A stretch of DNA of 32,734 nt from a virus (Duplodnaviria; Caudoviricetes). The position numbers were made by a program, and so were the translations under genes. Within the stretch, counting starts at the first letter, position 1, and each line of letters starts with the position of its first letter. The notes beneath the pieces are model-generated. The model searched no databases. It was not told the origin of the DNA and saw only the letters and a list, made by a program, of their open reading frames with translations. Location of the stretch: positions 1 to 32,734 of the IMG/VR virus record IMGVR_UViG_3300048599_000264, one strand, 5' to 3'. This document shows positions 18,694-27,283 of this stretch, piece by piece.

Positions 18694-18902
18694 AAACTTA
18701 CACGACCGTCTCCGGCGACAAATGGGACATCATTGCCCACAATCACTATGGCAGCTCGAAGCACGTCGCAGCACTGATCGCCGCGAACATCGGCCACAAG
18801 GACACCTTTATCTTTTCTGCCGGCGTGACACTCGTCATCCCCGACATGCAGACGGCCGTCACTCCGGCGACGCTGCCGCCCTGGAAGCGGGTGAACGGAT
18901 GA
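18690..18902 (+). CDS. Tail protein X (P2 gpX, LysM-like)
   Basis: YTTVSGDKWDIIA...YG...LIAAN...LPPWK. Confidence 0.88.
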   Translation: MKTYTTVSGDKWDIIAHNHYGSSKHVAALIAANIGHKDTFIFSAGVTLVIPDMQTAVTPATLPPWKRVNG

Positions 18903-20230
18903 GCGATAAGGATCTGGCGCGCAGGACAAAGGCAAAGGTATATTTTGCCGGCGTTGATATATCGAGCGACATAAACAAATACCTCGTCAGCCTCGAGTAC
19001 ACGGACAACGCGGAGGACGAAGCGGACGACCTTCAGATCGTTCTTGAGGACCGGGAGGATCTCTGGCTTTGTCAGTGGCTGGCCGACGCCATCAACGCGG
19101 CTGCGGCCTTCGACACGGCGTCCGGCATTCTGGTATACAAGGTGACGGCGGCTGCCGGCGTCAGCGTCCGGAGCGGTCCCGGCACTTCCTACAGCAAGCT
19201 CGGGATGCTGCCCTTCGGCGCGGAATTCGAAGTGAGCGCGGTCGCATCCGGATGGGTCGAGACGTTCTACAGCGGCGCGCTTGCCTATGTGAGCGTTGAC
19301 TATATCACGGACATCACGGATACCTACATGGTCACAGCGATCCCGCAGGGAGGCGCGTCGGCCGTCAGCGTCAAGGGTATGGAGCTGCAAGCAAGTATCG
19401 TCCGCGAAAACTGGAACGGCGACGGCATCGACGTCGTCCTGGACTGCGGCGTATTCGAACTCGATACGGTCGATGCGGACGGGCCGCCGTCCAAGGTCAC
19501 GATCAAGGGGACGTCGCTGCCGTTTTTAGCGCCCGTCCGGCAGACGAAGAAGAGTTGTGCGTGGATCAGGAAAACGCTGCGGGAAATAGCAGCGGGGATC
19601 GCGTCTCAAAACGGCATGGCTCTGATGTTCGAAAGCGACTCAGACCCCTATTACGAGCGCGTCGAGCAGGTAGACCAGTCGGACATCGGATTCCTTCAGG
19701 CGCTCTGCAAACGCGCCGGAATCGCCCTGAAGGCGTCGTCGAAGATGCTCGTGCTCTTCGAAGAACAGACCTATGAGCAAAAGGCCCCGGTCAGGACTAT
19801 CCGCAAGGGTGACGGCAGCTATAAAACCTATAAGCTGTCCACCAGCGAGAGTGATGTCAAGTACTCGGCCTGCCATCTGAGCTACACCGATCCGGAGACG
19901 CACAAAACTTTTGACTATACCTACCGCGCCGACAGCGACGACAGCTCGGACCAAAACGGTCAGGTCCTGGAGATCCACGATAAGGTTGCAAGTAAATCCG
20001 AGGCGATGTTCATAACAAGAAAGCGCCTCCGGCAGAAAAACAAGTTTGAGAGAAAAGCATCCTTTTCTTTTCCCGGAGCGCCGGACTGGGTCGCCGGCGT
20101 CACGGTCGTGCTCGACACATGGGGCGCTTTCAGCGGAAAATACATTGTGCGTAAAGCGTCGCACTCCCTGTCCAAAGGTAACGGGTACGAGACCGACGTC
20201 GATCTGCGTCAGGTATTGGAGGGGTATTGA
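18899..20230 (+). CDS. Baseplate hub / late control protein D with inserted SH3b domain
   Basis: ATG at 18899; YTDN..DEADDLQI.LEDR, QVDQSDIGFL..LC; SH3b-like VRSGPGTSY...GW...AYVS.DYI at 19136-19306. Confidence 0.9.
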   Translation: MSDKDLARRTKAKVYFAGVDISSDINKYLVSLEYTDNAEDEADDLQIVLEDREDLWLCQWLADAINAAAAFDTASGILVYKVTAAAGVSVRSGPGTSYSKLGMLPFGAEFEVSAVASGWVETFYSGALAYVSVDYITDITDTYMVTAIPQGGASAVSVKGMELQASIVRENWNGDGIDVVLDCGVFELDTVDADGPPSKVTIKGTSLPFLAPVRQTKKSCAWIRKTLREIAAGIASQNGMALMFESDSDPYYERVEQVDQSDIGFLQALCKRAGIALKASSKMLVLFEEQTYEQKAPVRTIRKGDGSYKTYKLSTSESDVKYSACHLSYTDPETHKTFDYTYRADSDDSSDQNGQVLEIHDKVASKSEAMFITRKRLRQKNKFERKASFSFPGAPDWVAGVTVVLDTWGAFSGKYIVRKASHSLSKGNGYETDVDLRQVLEGY

Positions 20231-20460
20231 TGGCTGGTGATAACATTCTTGACAACATCGTTCGGATCGGCCATATCAAGTCAGTCAACCCCGCGTCGCA
20301 TACAGCCAGGGTCGTTTTTGACAGCCTGGGTGGTATGGAGTCAGGCGACCTGAAGGTGATCCAGACAGTGGAGTGGAATCCGGAAGAAGGGCAGCTCGTC
20401 GCCTGCTTGTACCTCCCTGTGTTCAACGGAGATGGCTTTATTTTGGGGGTGATCTCTTGA
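20227..20460 (+). CDS. Short baseplate spike-like protein (gpV N-terminal OB domain only)
   Basis: VRIG.I.SVNP...ARV.F...SGDL.V...P..G..V.CLYLP...DGFILG. Confidence 0.75.
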   Translation: MMAGDNILDNIVRIGHIKSVNPASHTARVVFDSLGGMESGDLKVIQTVEWNPEEGQLVACLYLPVFNGDGFILGVIS

Positions 20461-20849
20461 TTGTCGGTGCGCTCGGCGATTTCATCTTCGAGGCCTCGGC
20501 CAACGTGGTAAAGACGCTCGACGATTTTGAGTGGAGCAGCGCGGCGAAATTCGGCAAGCACGAGCGGCACCTGGCCGAGACGCTCCTCGAATTCACCGGC
20601 ACAGATCCGGACGACATTTCATTCAAGGTTCATCTGAATGAATCACTTGGCGTCGACCCGGAAAAGGAGTACACCGAACTATTGAAAGCGGAGCGGGCGG
20701 GGAAGGTTATGACCTTGGTGATCGGTGAAAAGATCTACGGCAAAGGCAAGTGGGTCATCGTGAAGTCGAAAAGAAAACCGCTGGAATATGGGAAGGGCGG
20801 CAAGCCGTCCGTCCTGGAAGTCAGCCTGTCGCTTATGGCGTACGCGTAA
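20457..20849 (+). CDS. Tail protein (P2 gpU-like)
   Basis: TTG start; IVGALGDFIFE, HER....LLEFTG, KWVI, VSLSL.Y. Confidence 0.85.
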   Translation: MIVGALGDFIFEASANVVKTLDDFEWSSAAKFGKHERHLAETLLEFTGTDPDDISFKVHLNESLGVDPEKEYTELLKAERAGKVMTLVIGEKIYGKGKWVIVKSKRKPLEYGKGGKPSVLEVSLSLMAYA

Positions 20850-20861
20850 GGGGAGCAGTCT

Positions 20862-21176
20862 ATGAGCTATATTGTCAGCCCATTCAGCCTGAAAAAAATC
20901 AATCTCGCGCCGGCGACGGAACTGGAGGATATCCTGCAGAACGTTGCCGTTATCATTTCGACGCCCAAGGGCTCCATTCCTCTCGACCGCGATTTCGGCG
21001 TGTCCCAGCGCTACGTTGACAAGCCGATGCCGACGGCGCGCGTGATGTTCCTGGCGGACGCGACCGACGCTGTAGCGCGATATGAGCCGCGCGCTGAGGT
21101 CAGGAATGTCAAGTTCGAAACCGATACGATAAGCCCCGGCAAGTTTATTCCCCATGTGGAGGTGGATTTTAGATGA
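20862..21176 (+). CDS. Baseplate wedge protein (gpW/gp25 family)
   Basis: ILQNV..IISTPKGSIPLDRDFG and YEPR. Confidence 0.9.
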   Translation: MSYIVSPFSLKKINLAPATELEDILQNVAVIISTPKGSIPLDRDFGVSQRYVDKPMPTARVMFLADATDAVARYEPRAEVRNVKFETDTISPGKFIPHVEVDFR

Positions 21177-22300
21177 GAAGTTTCCCAGATATAACCTTCG
21201 TCGACGCGGATCTGCTCGACCCCGATAAAGTTGTCGCCTCAATGGTGGCAGGGTACGAATCCCGGACCGGGCGGACGCTCTACCCGGCGGACCCGATGCG
21301 GCTGGCTATCCTTTGGGCAGCCGATATCATCATCCATGATCGCATCGTCTACAACGATTCGGCCAGGCAGAACGTCCCGCGCTACGCCAATGGGACGAAG
21401 CTTGATTCCCTGGGCGAGCTGTTCAAGGATGTGTCGCGGCTCGGCAGCGGGGCGGCCTTGACGACGCTGCGGTTCACGATCACTGGCGTCCTGGCCTTTG
21501 AACAGCTGATCCCTGTCGGCACAAGGGTATCGACGCTGGATGGCAAGGTGATCTTTGAGACAACGGCTGACGCCTATGTCACGGCCGGTAATCTCTATGT
21601 CGACGTAACGGCGCAGTGCCGGACGGCCGGGACGGTCGGCAACGGCTTTGTCGCCGGGCAGATTGCAACGATCCTCGACAGCTTCCCGAACTTCTACAGC
21701 GTGGCGAATACGGACACCAGCGACGGCGGCGCCGGCACCGAAGAGGACGATGAGTATTACGAGCGGATGCGCGAGAGCGAGGATGCCTATACGACGGCCG
21801 GCTCCGAGGGTGCCTATGTATACTGGGCGAAAACCGTCAGCGCCGACATCATCGACGCCGTGGCCGACTGTGAGACACCCGGCGTTGCCGACATCCGAAT
21901 CCTGCTGACCGGCGGTGCGCTCCCCGAAGCCGGGATAATCGCTCAAGTGCTCGCCGCGTTGAGTGCGGACGAGGTCAGGCCGATGACTGACAGCGTGCTC
22001 GTCGACGCCCCGGACGCCAGTGCATACAACATCGTTTTCACGTACTACATCCCCGACGACAGCTCGGTCTCTCCGACGGTCGTCGTAGCCAACGTCGCCG
22101 CGGCCGTCGAGGAATATGTGGCCTGGCAGTGCGCCAGGATCGGCCGCGATATCAACCCTGATGAGCTGATCTCGCGCGTCATGGCGGCCGGGGCCAAGCG
22201 GCTTGTCGTCACGAGCCCAGTCTATACGGCCGTCGCAAAGAAGTCCGTCGCCGTGCTCGGCACGACCGCGGTCACGAACGGGGGCGTCGAGGTTGGGTAA
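21173..22300 (+). CDS. Baseplate J/gp47 family protein
   Basis: GRTLYPADP, A.G.KLDSLG, GG...EEDDEYYER, TAGSEGAY.YWA, VRPMTD, GRDINPDEL. Confidence 0.93.
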   Translation: MRSFPDITFVDADLLDPDKVVASMVAGYESRTGRTLYPADPMRLAILWAADIIIHDRIVYNDSARQNVPRYANGTKLDSLGELFKDVSRLGSGAALTTLRFTITGVLAFEQLIPVGTRVSTLDGKVIFETTADAYVTAGNLYVDVTAQCRTAGTVGNGFVAGQIATILDSFPNFYSVANTDTSDGGAGTEEDDEYYERMRESEDAYTTAGSEGAYVYWAKTVSADIIDAVADCETPGVADIRILLTGGALPEAGIIAQVLAALSADEVRPMTDSVLVDAPDASAYNIVFTYYIPDDSSVSPTVVVANVAAAVEEYVAWQCARIGRDINPDELISRVMAAGAKRLVVTSPVYTAVAKKSVAVLGTTAVTNGGVEVG

Positions 22301-22889
22301 CGACATCTACACGGCGAACTATCTGTCGACGTTCCCCCCGAGCCTGAAGGGCGATCCCGACATGGTCGCCTTTGCGGAGGTTGTCGCGGAGCAGCTACAG
22401 ATCACGGCGAACCTCCGGGACAAAAACATCATCTACGCCCGCATCGACGATCTTCCGGAGGATGTGCTGGACATTCTGGCTCACGACTTCAAGGTCGACT
22501 GGTATGACAGCACGGCCGCGATCGGCGTCAAGCGCACAGTCATCAAGGACAGTTTCAAGGTGCATATGCGGCTGGGGACGCCATGGGCGGTCAAGCGGGT
22601 CATCCTGGCGTACTTCGGGACGGGCCGGCTGCTGGAGTGGTTTCAGTACGACGGCGATCCGTACTATTTCATCGTCGTCACGCTCAATACCGCCGTCACC
22701 GGGCCGGTTCTGGACAAGTTCGTTCGTATCCTTAACGTCGTGAAGCGGCGGACGTCCGTGCTCCAGGAGCTGGTCGTCACCAGCCAGGGTGAGTGGAACT
22801 ATTACGATTACTGGATCAACAAAACATGGGATGAGTGGGACACGCTCGACCTGACCTGGGACGAGCTCGAAGCCTACGAGGAGGAATAG
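22293..22889 (+). CDS. Tail protein I (P2 gpI-like) with C-terminal TWD repeats
   Basis: TTG start; IDDLPEDVLDILA..FKVDWYD, H...GTPWAV, EWFQY.G.PY.F. Confidence 0.88.
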   Translation: MGNDIYTANYLSTFPPSLKGDPDMVAFAEVVAEQLQITANLRDKNIIYARIDDLPEDVLDILAHDFKVDWYDSTAAIGVKRTVIKDSFKVHMRLGTPWAVKRVILAYFGTGRLLEWFQYDGDPYYFIVVTLNTAVTGPVLDKFVRILNVVKRRTSVLQELVVTSQGEWNYYDYWINKTWDEWDTLDLTWDELEAYEEE

Positions 22890-22890
22890 T

Positions 22891-23880
22891 ATGCCGGCAG
22901 TAAACAAGACGCCATATCTCAGCTTGAATCAATGGACCGGTTCCGAGAAACCGAAACGCGAAGACTTCGTTGCAGATAACTTGGCGATTGACGAAGGTAT
23001 TTCGGACATGCTAAAGCTCAAGTGGGATCTCGTTCAATCCTATACGACGGCAGGCTCCTTTACTTGGACAGCCCCGGACCTTTACGGCGACGGGCGCGCG
23101 TACGAAATCGGCATATTTATCATCGGAGCCGGTGGCTCCGGTGCGGCGTACAAATATTATTCAAACAGCGCCAACGGTGCCTCCGTATCCGGCGGCGCGT
23201 CCGGGCGGACTAAAATGAAACTCATGACAGTGACCCCGGGGGCTACATACAATGTCGTTGTCGGCGCGGGCGGGGCAATCGTATCGCGCTCTGCGTGGGG
23301 CACCTCTCTGGATGGGAATGCGGGAGGGTCTTCGGCATTTAACGGTGTTACCGCTGCCGGCGGGGCTGGGGGGTTGGTTTACACCGGAGCCACTACCCCA
23401 TATGGTGCGCAAGGTGCGCCGGGCGGGCAAGGGTCGGATGCGATTATGGCGGCTAACGCTACAAACAATGGATGCCAGGCCAGTGCATCCGCTATGGGGT
23501 ACCCGCCTTCAAACGGCGAAATACCATTGTCTACCGCGCTCCTCGGTGGTAAGAGCGTTCTTCATGAGTGCTTCAACCCGTTTGCCTATAAGAGGATACT
23601 CGGCGCGGGTGGCGGTTCATCGGTATACTCCACCACAGCCTTCACTCAAACAGTGCCGACACTCGACGATGGACTTGTCGCGGGCCTTGGGGCGTGCACA
23701 CGGGTGACGACAACGGACACCACCGTCACCGCGTCCCCCGCGACAAGCCCCGGGAGCGGAGGCGGGGCGGCGCTGCTTGTGTCGCACAATGCCTCTCAGC
23801 CCTCGGCCACGGGCACAGTCAATTCCGGCAAAGGCGCAGACGGCGGCGTAATGCTTTATGTAAGGAGGCCCGCGGCATGA
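22891..23880 (+). CDS. Tail fibre / receptor-binding protein, glycine-rich
   Basis: N-terminal anchor NKTPYLSLNQW...REDF..DNLAID; Gly-rich domain (IGAGGSG, VTPG.TYNVVVGAGG, GSGGGA, GADGGV). Confidence 0.78.
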   Translation: MPAVNKTPYLSLNQWTGSEKPKREDFVADNLAIDEGISDMLKLKWDLVQSYTTAGSFTWTAPDLYGDGRAYEIGIFIIGAGGSGAAYKYYSNSANGASVSGGASGRTKMKLMTVTPGATYNVVVGAGGAIVSRSAWGTSLDGNAGGSSAFNGVTAAGGAGGLVYTGATTPYGAQGAPGGQGSDAIMAANATNNGCQASASAMGYPPSNGEIPLSTALLGGKSVLHECFNPFAYKRILGAGGGSSVYSTTAFTQTVPTLDDGLVAGLGACTRVTTTDTTVTASPATSPGSGGGAALLVSHNASQPSATGTVNSGKGADGGVMLYVRRPAA

Positions 23881-24476
23881 AATGGGTAAGGGTTGAAAAT
23901 GGGGTCGTGCGTGAAGTTGTTCCGCAGGAAGCGACGGAGCCGTCAGTGGCTCACTGGTACGGCGAGGAATTCGCTGCGCAGTGTGTTGAAGCTCCGGACG
24001 AGGTTGAACAAAACTGGCTTTATGATGGCGGAGCCTTCCGGGCCCCTGGCCCGACACTCGAGACCCTGCGATCCGCGAAGCTCGCGGAGATGTCGGCGGC
24101 TGCGGAGGCGGCGATCGTCGCCGGCGTCGATGTGACCACGGCATACGGAGATGAGCACTTTTCACTCAGCGACCACGACCAGACGAATATCACAAACCTG
24201 TCGATAGTCGTCGGTTCCGGTGCTCCCGGGTACCTGTATCACGCCGACGGCAAGCTCTGCGTCATGTACGCGGCGGCGGACATCATGGCCATCGTCACGG
24301 CGGCCATGCGGCACGTCACGTTTCACACGACCTATCACAATTTCATTAAGCAGTGGGCCCTCCGCGAGACGGACCTCGATGTGCTCGAGGGCATTACATA
24401 CGGCGCGTCGCTCCCGGAGGATCTGGCGGACGGAATGACGGCGCTCATGACGGCGGTGAATGGAGGCGGGTCATGA
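23877..24476 (+). CDS. Tail fibre assembly-associated protein (DUF4376-like)
   Basis: ATG at 23877; HFSL..HDQTNI, YHADG.LC..Y, TYHN, ITYG..LP. Confidence 0.7.
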   Translation: MKWVRVENGVVREVVPQEATEPSVAHWYGEEFAAQCVEAPDEVEQNWLYDGGAFRAPGPTLETLRSAKLAEMSAAAEAAIVAGVDVTTAYGDEHFSLSDHDQTNITNLSIVVGSGAPGYLYHADGKLCVMYAAADIMAIVTAAMRHVTFHTTYHNFIKQWALRETDLDVLEGITYGASLPEDLADGMTALMTAVNGGGS

Positions 24477-24832
24477 GTAAGGTATTGCTCGACAAGGACG
24501 GGAAGCGCGCTGTATTTCATTGCCCAGGCTGCGGAGAGGGACATCAGGTGCTTATAAACCGTGGTGAGCATCCCGTCTGGCAGTTTAATGGCGACGTGGA
24601 CAAGCCAACATTCAGCCCGTCAATACTCGTGCGGTCCGGCCATTATACACAGAACGCTCATCCTGATGACTGCTGGTGCAATTTCAAAGAACGATTCCCG
24701 AATGAAGGAGAGCCGCCTTTTAGGTGCGGCGTCTGTCACAGTTTCGTGACTGAGGGCAGGATTCAATTTCTCGGCGACTGCACTCATGAGCTGGCCGGTC
24801 AGACGGTTGACCTGCCGGAGATGGCCGAATGA
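24473..24832 (+). CDS. DUF6527-like Cys/His zinc-binding protein
   Basis: FHCPGC...H, WQFNGD..KPTFSPSIL, CHSFVTEGRIQFLGDCTH.LAGQTV.LP. Confidence 0.7.
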   Translation: MSKVLLDKDGKRAVFHCPGCGEGHQVLINRGEHPVWQFNGDVDKPTFSPSILVRSGHYTQNAHPDDCWCNFKERFPNEGEPPFRCGVCHSFVTEGRIQFLGDCTHELAGQTVDLPEMAE

Positions 24833-25245
24833 GAAAATTATTGAAGGCGCTGTCGCTCTTCGGCATCGGCGGCGGCATCTACTACCTGATCGAAATCGCA
24901 TGGCGGGGGCATTCACACCCCGCCATGATCGTTGTCGGGGGCCTGTGCTTCGTGCTGATCGGCGGTATCAACGAGTGGTTCACATGGGACATGGCGCTGG
25001 TCCTTCAGGGGGCCATCGCGACGGTGAACATCCTGATAGTCGAACTCGGGGCAGGCATTGTCCTGAACCGCTGGCTCGGCCTCGGCATATGGGACTATTC
25101 GCATCTGCCGGGCAACATCCTCGGGCAGATATGCCTGCCGTTCGCCGCCGCGTGGTACGCCCTGTCGATCGCCGGCATCATCCTGGACGATTGGCTGCGG
25201 TACTGGCTGTTTCATGAGGAGCGGCCGCATTACAGAATAGTCTAA
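24829..25245 (+). CDS. Four-TM membrane protein (CmpB-like 'putative ABC transporter permease')
   Basis: GG.IYY.IEIAWRGHSH..M...GG and WDYS.LP.N..GQICL.F. Confidence 0.75.
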   Translation: MRKLLKALSLFGIGGGIYYLIEIAWRGHSHPAMIVVGGLCFVLIGGINEWFTWDMALVLQGAIATVNILIVELGAGIVLNRWLGLGIWDYSHLPGNILGQICLPFAAAWYALSIAGIILDDWLRYWLFHEERPHYRIV

Positions 25246-25267
25246 CCGCTACGGGGCGGTATTTTTT
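25245..25267 (+). terminator. Intrinsic terminator
   Basis: ACCGCT-ACGG-GGCGGT followed by ATTTTTT. Confidence 0.55.
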
Positions 25268-25286
25268 GTACGAAAGTAGGACGGAT

Positions 25287-25517
25287 ATGACGGAAACTAT
25301 CATAGTTGCAATTATCGTTTCGGTGCTGTCGTTGGCCGGCACGATTGTCGGAGCGCGAGCGGGTATCCGCGAGGCGAACAAGCTGACTAATTATCGCATT
25401 GAATGCCTGGAGAAGAAAATGGATGTACACAACTGCCTCATCACCCGCATGGCGGTTGCTGAGCAGGATATTAAGGTCGCTAATCATAGAATAGACGATC
25501 TTGAAAAAATTTCGTAG
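25287..25517 (+). CDS. Small holin-like protein (one TM plus coiled coil)
   Basis: Hydrophobic N-terminus; YRIE.LEKK...HN and KVANHRIDDLE; in lysis module. Confidence 0.7.
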   Translation: MTETIIVAIIVSVLSLAGTIVGARAGIREANKLTNYRIECLEKKMDVHNCLITRMAVAEQDIKVANHRIDDLEKIS

Positions 25518-25526
25518 GAGGTACTT

Positions 25527-26039
25527 ATGAAACGCTTAATCCGCATCATCATGGCGCTTGTATTGATTCTGGTCCTGTGCTTTGCTCTGGTGGCCTGTTC
25601 CACCACCGAGAGCAGCATCATCGACAATGAGCTGTTTCAGCAGTTCATGGCCGTCCTTATCCCCATTATAGCGGCGGCGCTGGGGACGGCAATCACGGCG
25701 GCTGTCACCGCATTTACGAAGTATGTTTCCGAAAAGACGAAGTCAGAACGATTGAAAAAGTATATGGTTGCCCTTGAAGAGACCGTTTATGATGTTGTCC
25801 AGGCACTGAATCAGAAGGAAGTATTGGCCCTCAAGGAAGCGGCGGAGGACGGTAAACTTACAACAGAGGAAATCAGCAGAATCAGCAAATCCGCACTTGA
25901 TACGGTCCTGGCCATCCTGGGCGTCGCCGGCGTTGAGATTCTCAGCAAGGTATATACCGACGTTAACGAGATGATCGCCAACAAAATCGAGCGCGTCGTG
26001 CTAGAGCTGAAGCCGGCGCCAGTGGGGGCGGCAGCGTGA
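25527..26039 (+). CDS. Holin (LL-H-like) with N-terminal signal/lipobox-like segment
   Basis: AGGAGG SD; hydrophobic segments; V.ALNQ..V..LK....DGKLT.EE; directly before the endolysin. Confidence 0.65.
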   Translation: MKRLIRIIMALVLILVLCFALVACSTTESSIIDNELFQQFMAVLIPIIAAALGTAITAAVTAFTKYVSEKTKSERLKKYMVALEETVYDVVQALNQKEVLALKEAAEDGKLTTEEISRISKSALDTVLAILGVAGVEILSKVYTDVNEMIANKIERVVLELKPAPVGAAA

Positions 26040-26662
26040 TCGACAGCAAATCGATCGACGATCTCCGGCCGGATATTGCTGCCAACGCTCACGTGTTCGT
26101 CCGGATGATGGCGGCCCGCGGCTATAAAGTCGCGTTCGCATCAACGCTCCGGGATGACGAGAAGCAGGCTCAACTTTATGCGCAGGGTCGGACAAGTCCG
26201 GGGCAGATCGTCACCGGCAGCAAGGTCACGACGTTCCACGGCAAGGGCCTTGCGTTTGATATTTACCAGGGCGCTGCGACATTTACGGGGCAGTGGCTGG
26301 ATGCGGGGTTCTGGAAAACAGCGAGAGAACTTCAGATTCTCATTGGTTTCAGTAAAATCAGCGGCGAGGAATCGCATTCGCAGTGGAGCGATCGCTGTAA
26401 ATATTCCGGAAGCCAGGTACGCGCCGGCATTTTGCTGCCGCCGATGCCGCTTTACGAGGAGGATGACATGACAAAAGACGAAGTGCTGGCCATCATCAAA
26501 GAATACGAGGCAACCAAGGCCGCCGAGCCATGCCCGGAGTGGGCAAAGGCCGAGCTGCAGGATGCCATCGCTGCTGGGATCACCGACGGCACGAAACCAT
26601 GCGTACCGGTCCCGCGATATCAAGCGGCTATCATGGCCAAGCGGGCCACGGCGAAGAAATAG
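26036..26662 (+). CDS. Endolysin, M15 family peptidase with SLH-like C-terminus
   Basis: TLR...Q..LYAQGRT.PG.IVT, H..GLAFD; C-terminal WAK.....AI.AGITDGT.P....R.QAA.M. Confidence 0.85.
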   Translation: MIDSKSIDDLRPDIAANAHVFVRMMAARGYKVAFASTLRDDEKQAQLYAQGRTSPGQIVTGSKVTTFHGKGLAFDIYQGAATFTGQWLDAGFWKTARELQILIGFSKISGEESHSQWSDRCKYSGSQVRAGILLPPMPLYEEDDMTKDEVLAIIKEYEATKAAEPCPEWAKAELQDAIAAGITDGTKPCVPVPRYQAAIMAKRATAKK

Positions 26663-26666
26663 CGAG

Positions 26667-26704
26667 AGCGGCAGGGTCGAATTAATCGATCCTGCCGCTT
26701 TTTT
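26667..26704 (+). terminator. Late-operon terminator
   Basis: AGCGGCAGGGTCGA / TCGATCCTGCCGCT stem followed by a T run. Confidence 0.8.
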
Positions 26705-26758
26705 GCGTTTTTCGCACGTTTTAATTGGTATAAATGTACTAAAGTTGATGGGGGGGTG

Positions 26759-26787
26759 TTGCAAATCAAAGCTTTGTCTGGTAAATT
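26759..26787 (+). promoter_or_regulatory. Sigma-A-like promoter for the Panacea operon
   Basis: TTGCAA-17 nt-TAAATT with TG extended motif. Confidence 0.45.
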
Positions 26788-26836
26788 TAGACTAGGGATG
26801 AGACTCCGAAAAAAGAAAGAAAGAGGGTGTATCATC

Positions 26837-27283
26837 GTGGATATTTTGATTATAGCAAACACATTTCTACACAAAGCGTTTTCAGAGAAAATTCCGATAA
26901 CGCCCATGAAGCTCCAAAAGTTGCTTTATCTTTTTTACAGGGAGTATCTGAGAAAGTATTCTCAGTCTTTATTCCCAGAACGGTTTGAGGCATGGCAACA
27001 CGGACCGGTTCTCTCACAGGTATACGCACGTTTTAAAGAATACCGCGCAAACCCGATAGATAAGTATTCATTAAATGAAAATGGAAGAGCACTTATATAT
27101 GATCTATCTCCGGACAATGCTTTTTCCAGAGCGTTCAATGACGTTTGGTGCAGATACAAGGATTTCGGAGCGGTTCGATTGTCAAAAATGACCCATCAGA
27201 CCGGCAGCGCATGGGAAGCAGCAATCAAGAGCGGCAACATATTCCTAACCGATGAAGATATAAAGAACGAGAGATGGGAATAA
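26837..27283 (+). CDS. Panacea (DUF4065/SocA-like) antitoxin-domain protein
   Basis: GTG start after GAGGGTG; ITPMKLQKLLY, FEAWQHGPV..VY..FK, LSKMTH...AW. Confidence 0.88.
   Translation: MDILIIANTFLHKAFSEKIPITPMKLQKLLYLFYREYLRKYSQSLFPERFEAWQHGPVLSQVYARFKEYRANPIDKYSLNENGRALIYDLSPDNAFSRAFNDVWCRYKDFGAVRLSKMTHQTGSAWEAAIKSGNIFLTDEDIKNERWE

Noticed and set aside
18554-18898. N-terminal extension of the gpD ORF in the track
   Set aside because: It overlaps the tape measure and gpX genes; the real start is the ATGA overlap at 18899. Track starts at 15259, 20373, 22203, 23694, 24353, 26756 and 30936 were trimmed for similar overlap or SD reasons.
6341-22889. TAG recoding of late genes
   Set aside because: Genes ending in TAG are full length and coding density under the standard code is complete. 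Only the protease/capsid junction is in frame.
22891-24476. Diversity-generating retroelement or invertible tail-fibre system
   Set aside because: No reverse transcriptase, invertase, or TR/VR-like repeat pair seen in the window.
443-26764. Many long minus-strand and alternate-frame ORFs (e.g. 6877-7842, 8817-9842, 13222-14136, 21239-22306)
   Set aside because: They are shadows of GC-rich plus-strand phage genes, with no motifs or SDs.
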